Source: Mytilus edulis (Eukaryota). From it: a stretch of 64,000 bases of DNA. The stretch spans positions 10,478,001 to 10,542,000 of the forward strand of contig NC_092344.1 in NCBI RefSeq assembly GCF_963676685.1, read 5' to 3'. The position numbers and the translations under genes were made by a program. Position 1 is the first letter of the stretch. Each line of letters begins with the position of its first letter. Positions 63,605 to 64,000 of this stretch are shown here, in pieces. Under the pieces are notes generated by a model. The model ran no database searches and was not told the DNA's origin. It worked only from the letters and a program-made list of their open reading frames with translations.

Positions 63605-64000
63605 CTAAGAATAACAAACATGGTAAATGGAAAGTATTCTAGGTGTGAGACCTATCAATCAATAATAACTATTATATATTTACAGCTTAAATCTGTTACA
63701 AAATGTCAATAAAGTAACTTAAAGTGGCACCAACAAGACTAAAACCAGGCCATATAGATTTCTTACAAATCTGCTGGTTTATTTTTAATATATTGCCTAG
63801 TAACAGACCATATGGGACTGATAATCAAAAAGGATATAATTGTTTAATGTTTTGGAATACTTGGCCTTTATCAAAATCATATTACAGCAATACTTAATAA
63901 TATTTAACATTGCTACAAATGTCGTTGTTTGAAGAAAAATTATATTCAGGTAACAATGACACAAAATATTTGTTCTAACATTTATTAAATGTCAATCTTT

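Overview
AT-rich eukaryotic (animal) genomic DNA. The interspersed-repeat families suggest a bivalve, most likely Mytilus (inference, not searched). Genes: (i) an intronless-CDS rhodopsin-class orphan GPCR (8242-9477, -) with a decayed tandem paralogue (15270-16460, -); (ii) a single-exon GH29 alpha-L-fucosidase (29094-30476, +); (iii) the 3' 22 coding exons of a BIG1/BIG2-type Sec7 ARF-GEF (ARFGEF1/2, 40618-63604, -), which runs off the right edge. The rest is dense with mobile DNA: Helentron/HINE-like elements with tandem cores, TTAA (Kolobok-like) and 5-bp-TSD TIR elements, a BEL/Pao integrase relic, Penelope-like RT relics, and a 351-nt tandem retrozyme carrying two minimal hammerhead ribozymes. 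The best hunt results are a cluster of frame-preserving candidate microexons and tandem donors at one ARFGEF junction (PEQQNE/KAEW), a candidate 51+30-nt exon pair whose second exon makes a junction TGA unless the first is included, and the hammerhead retrozyme, whose inverted tail begins at the self-cleavage site. All splicing calls were read by eye and need RNA-seq.
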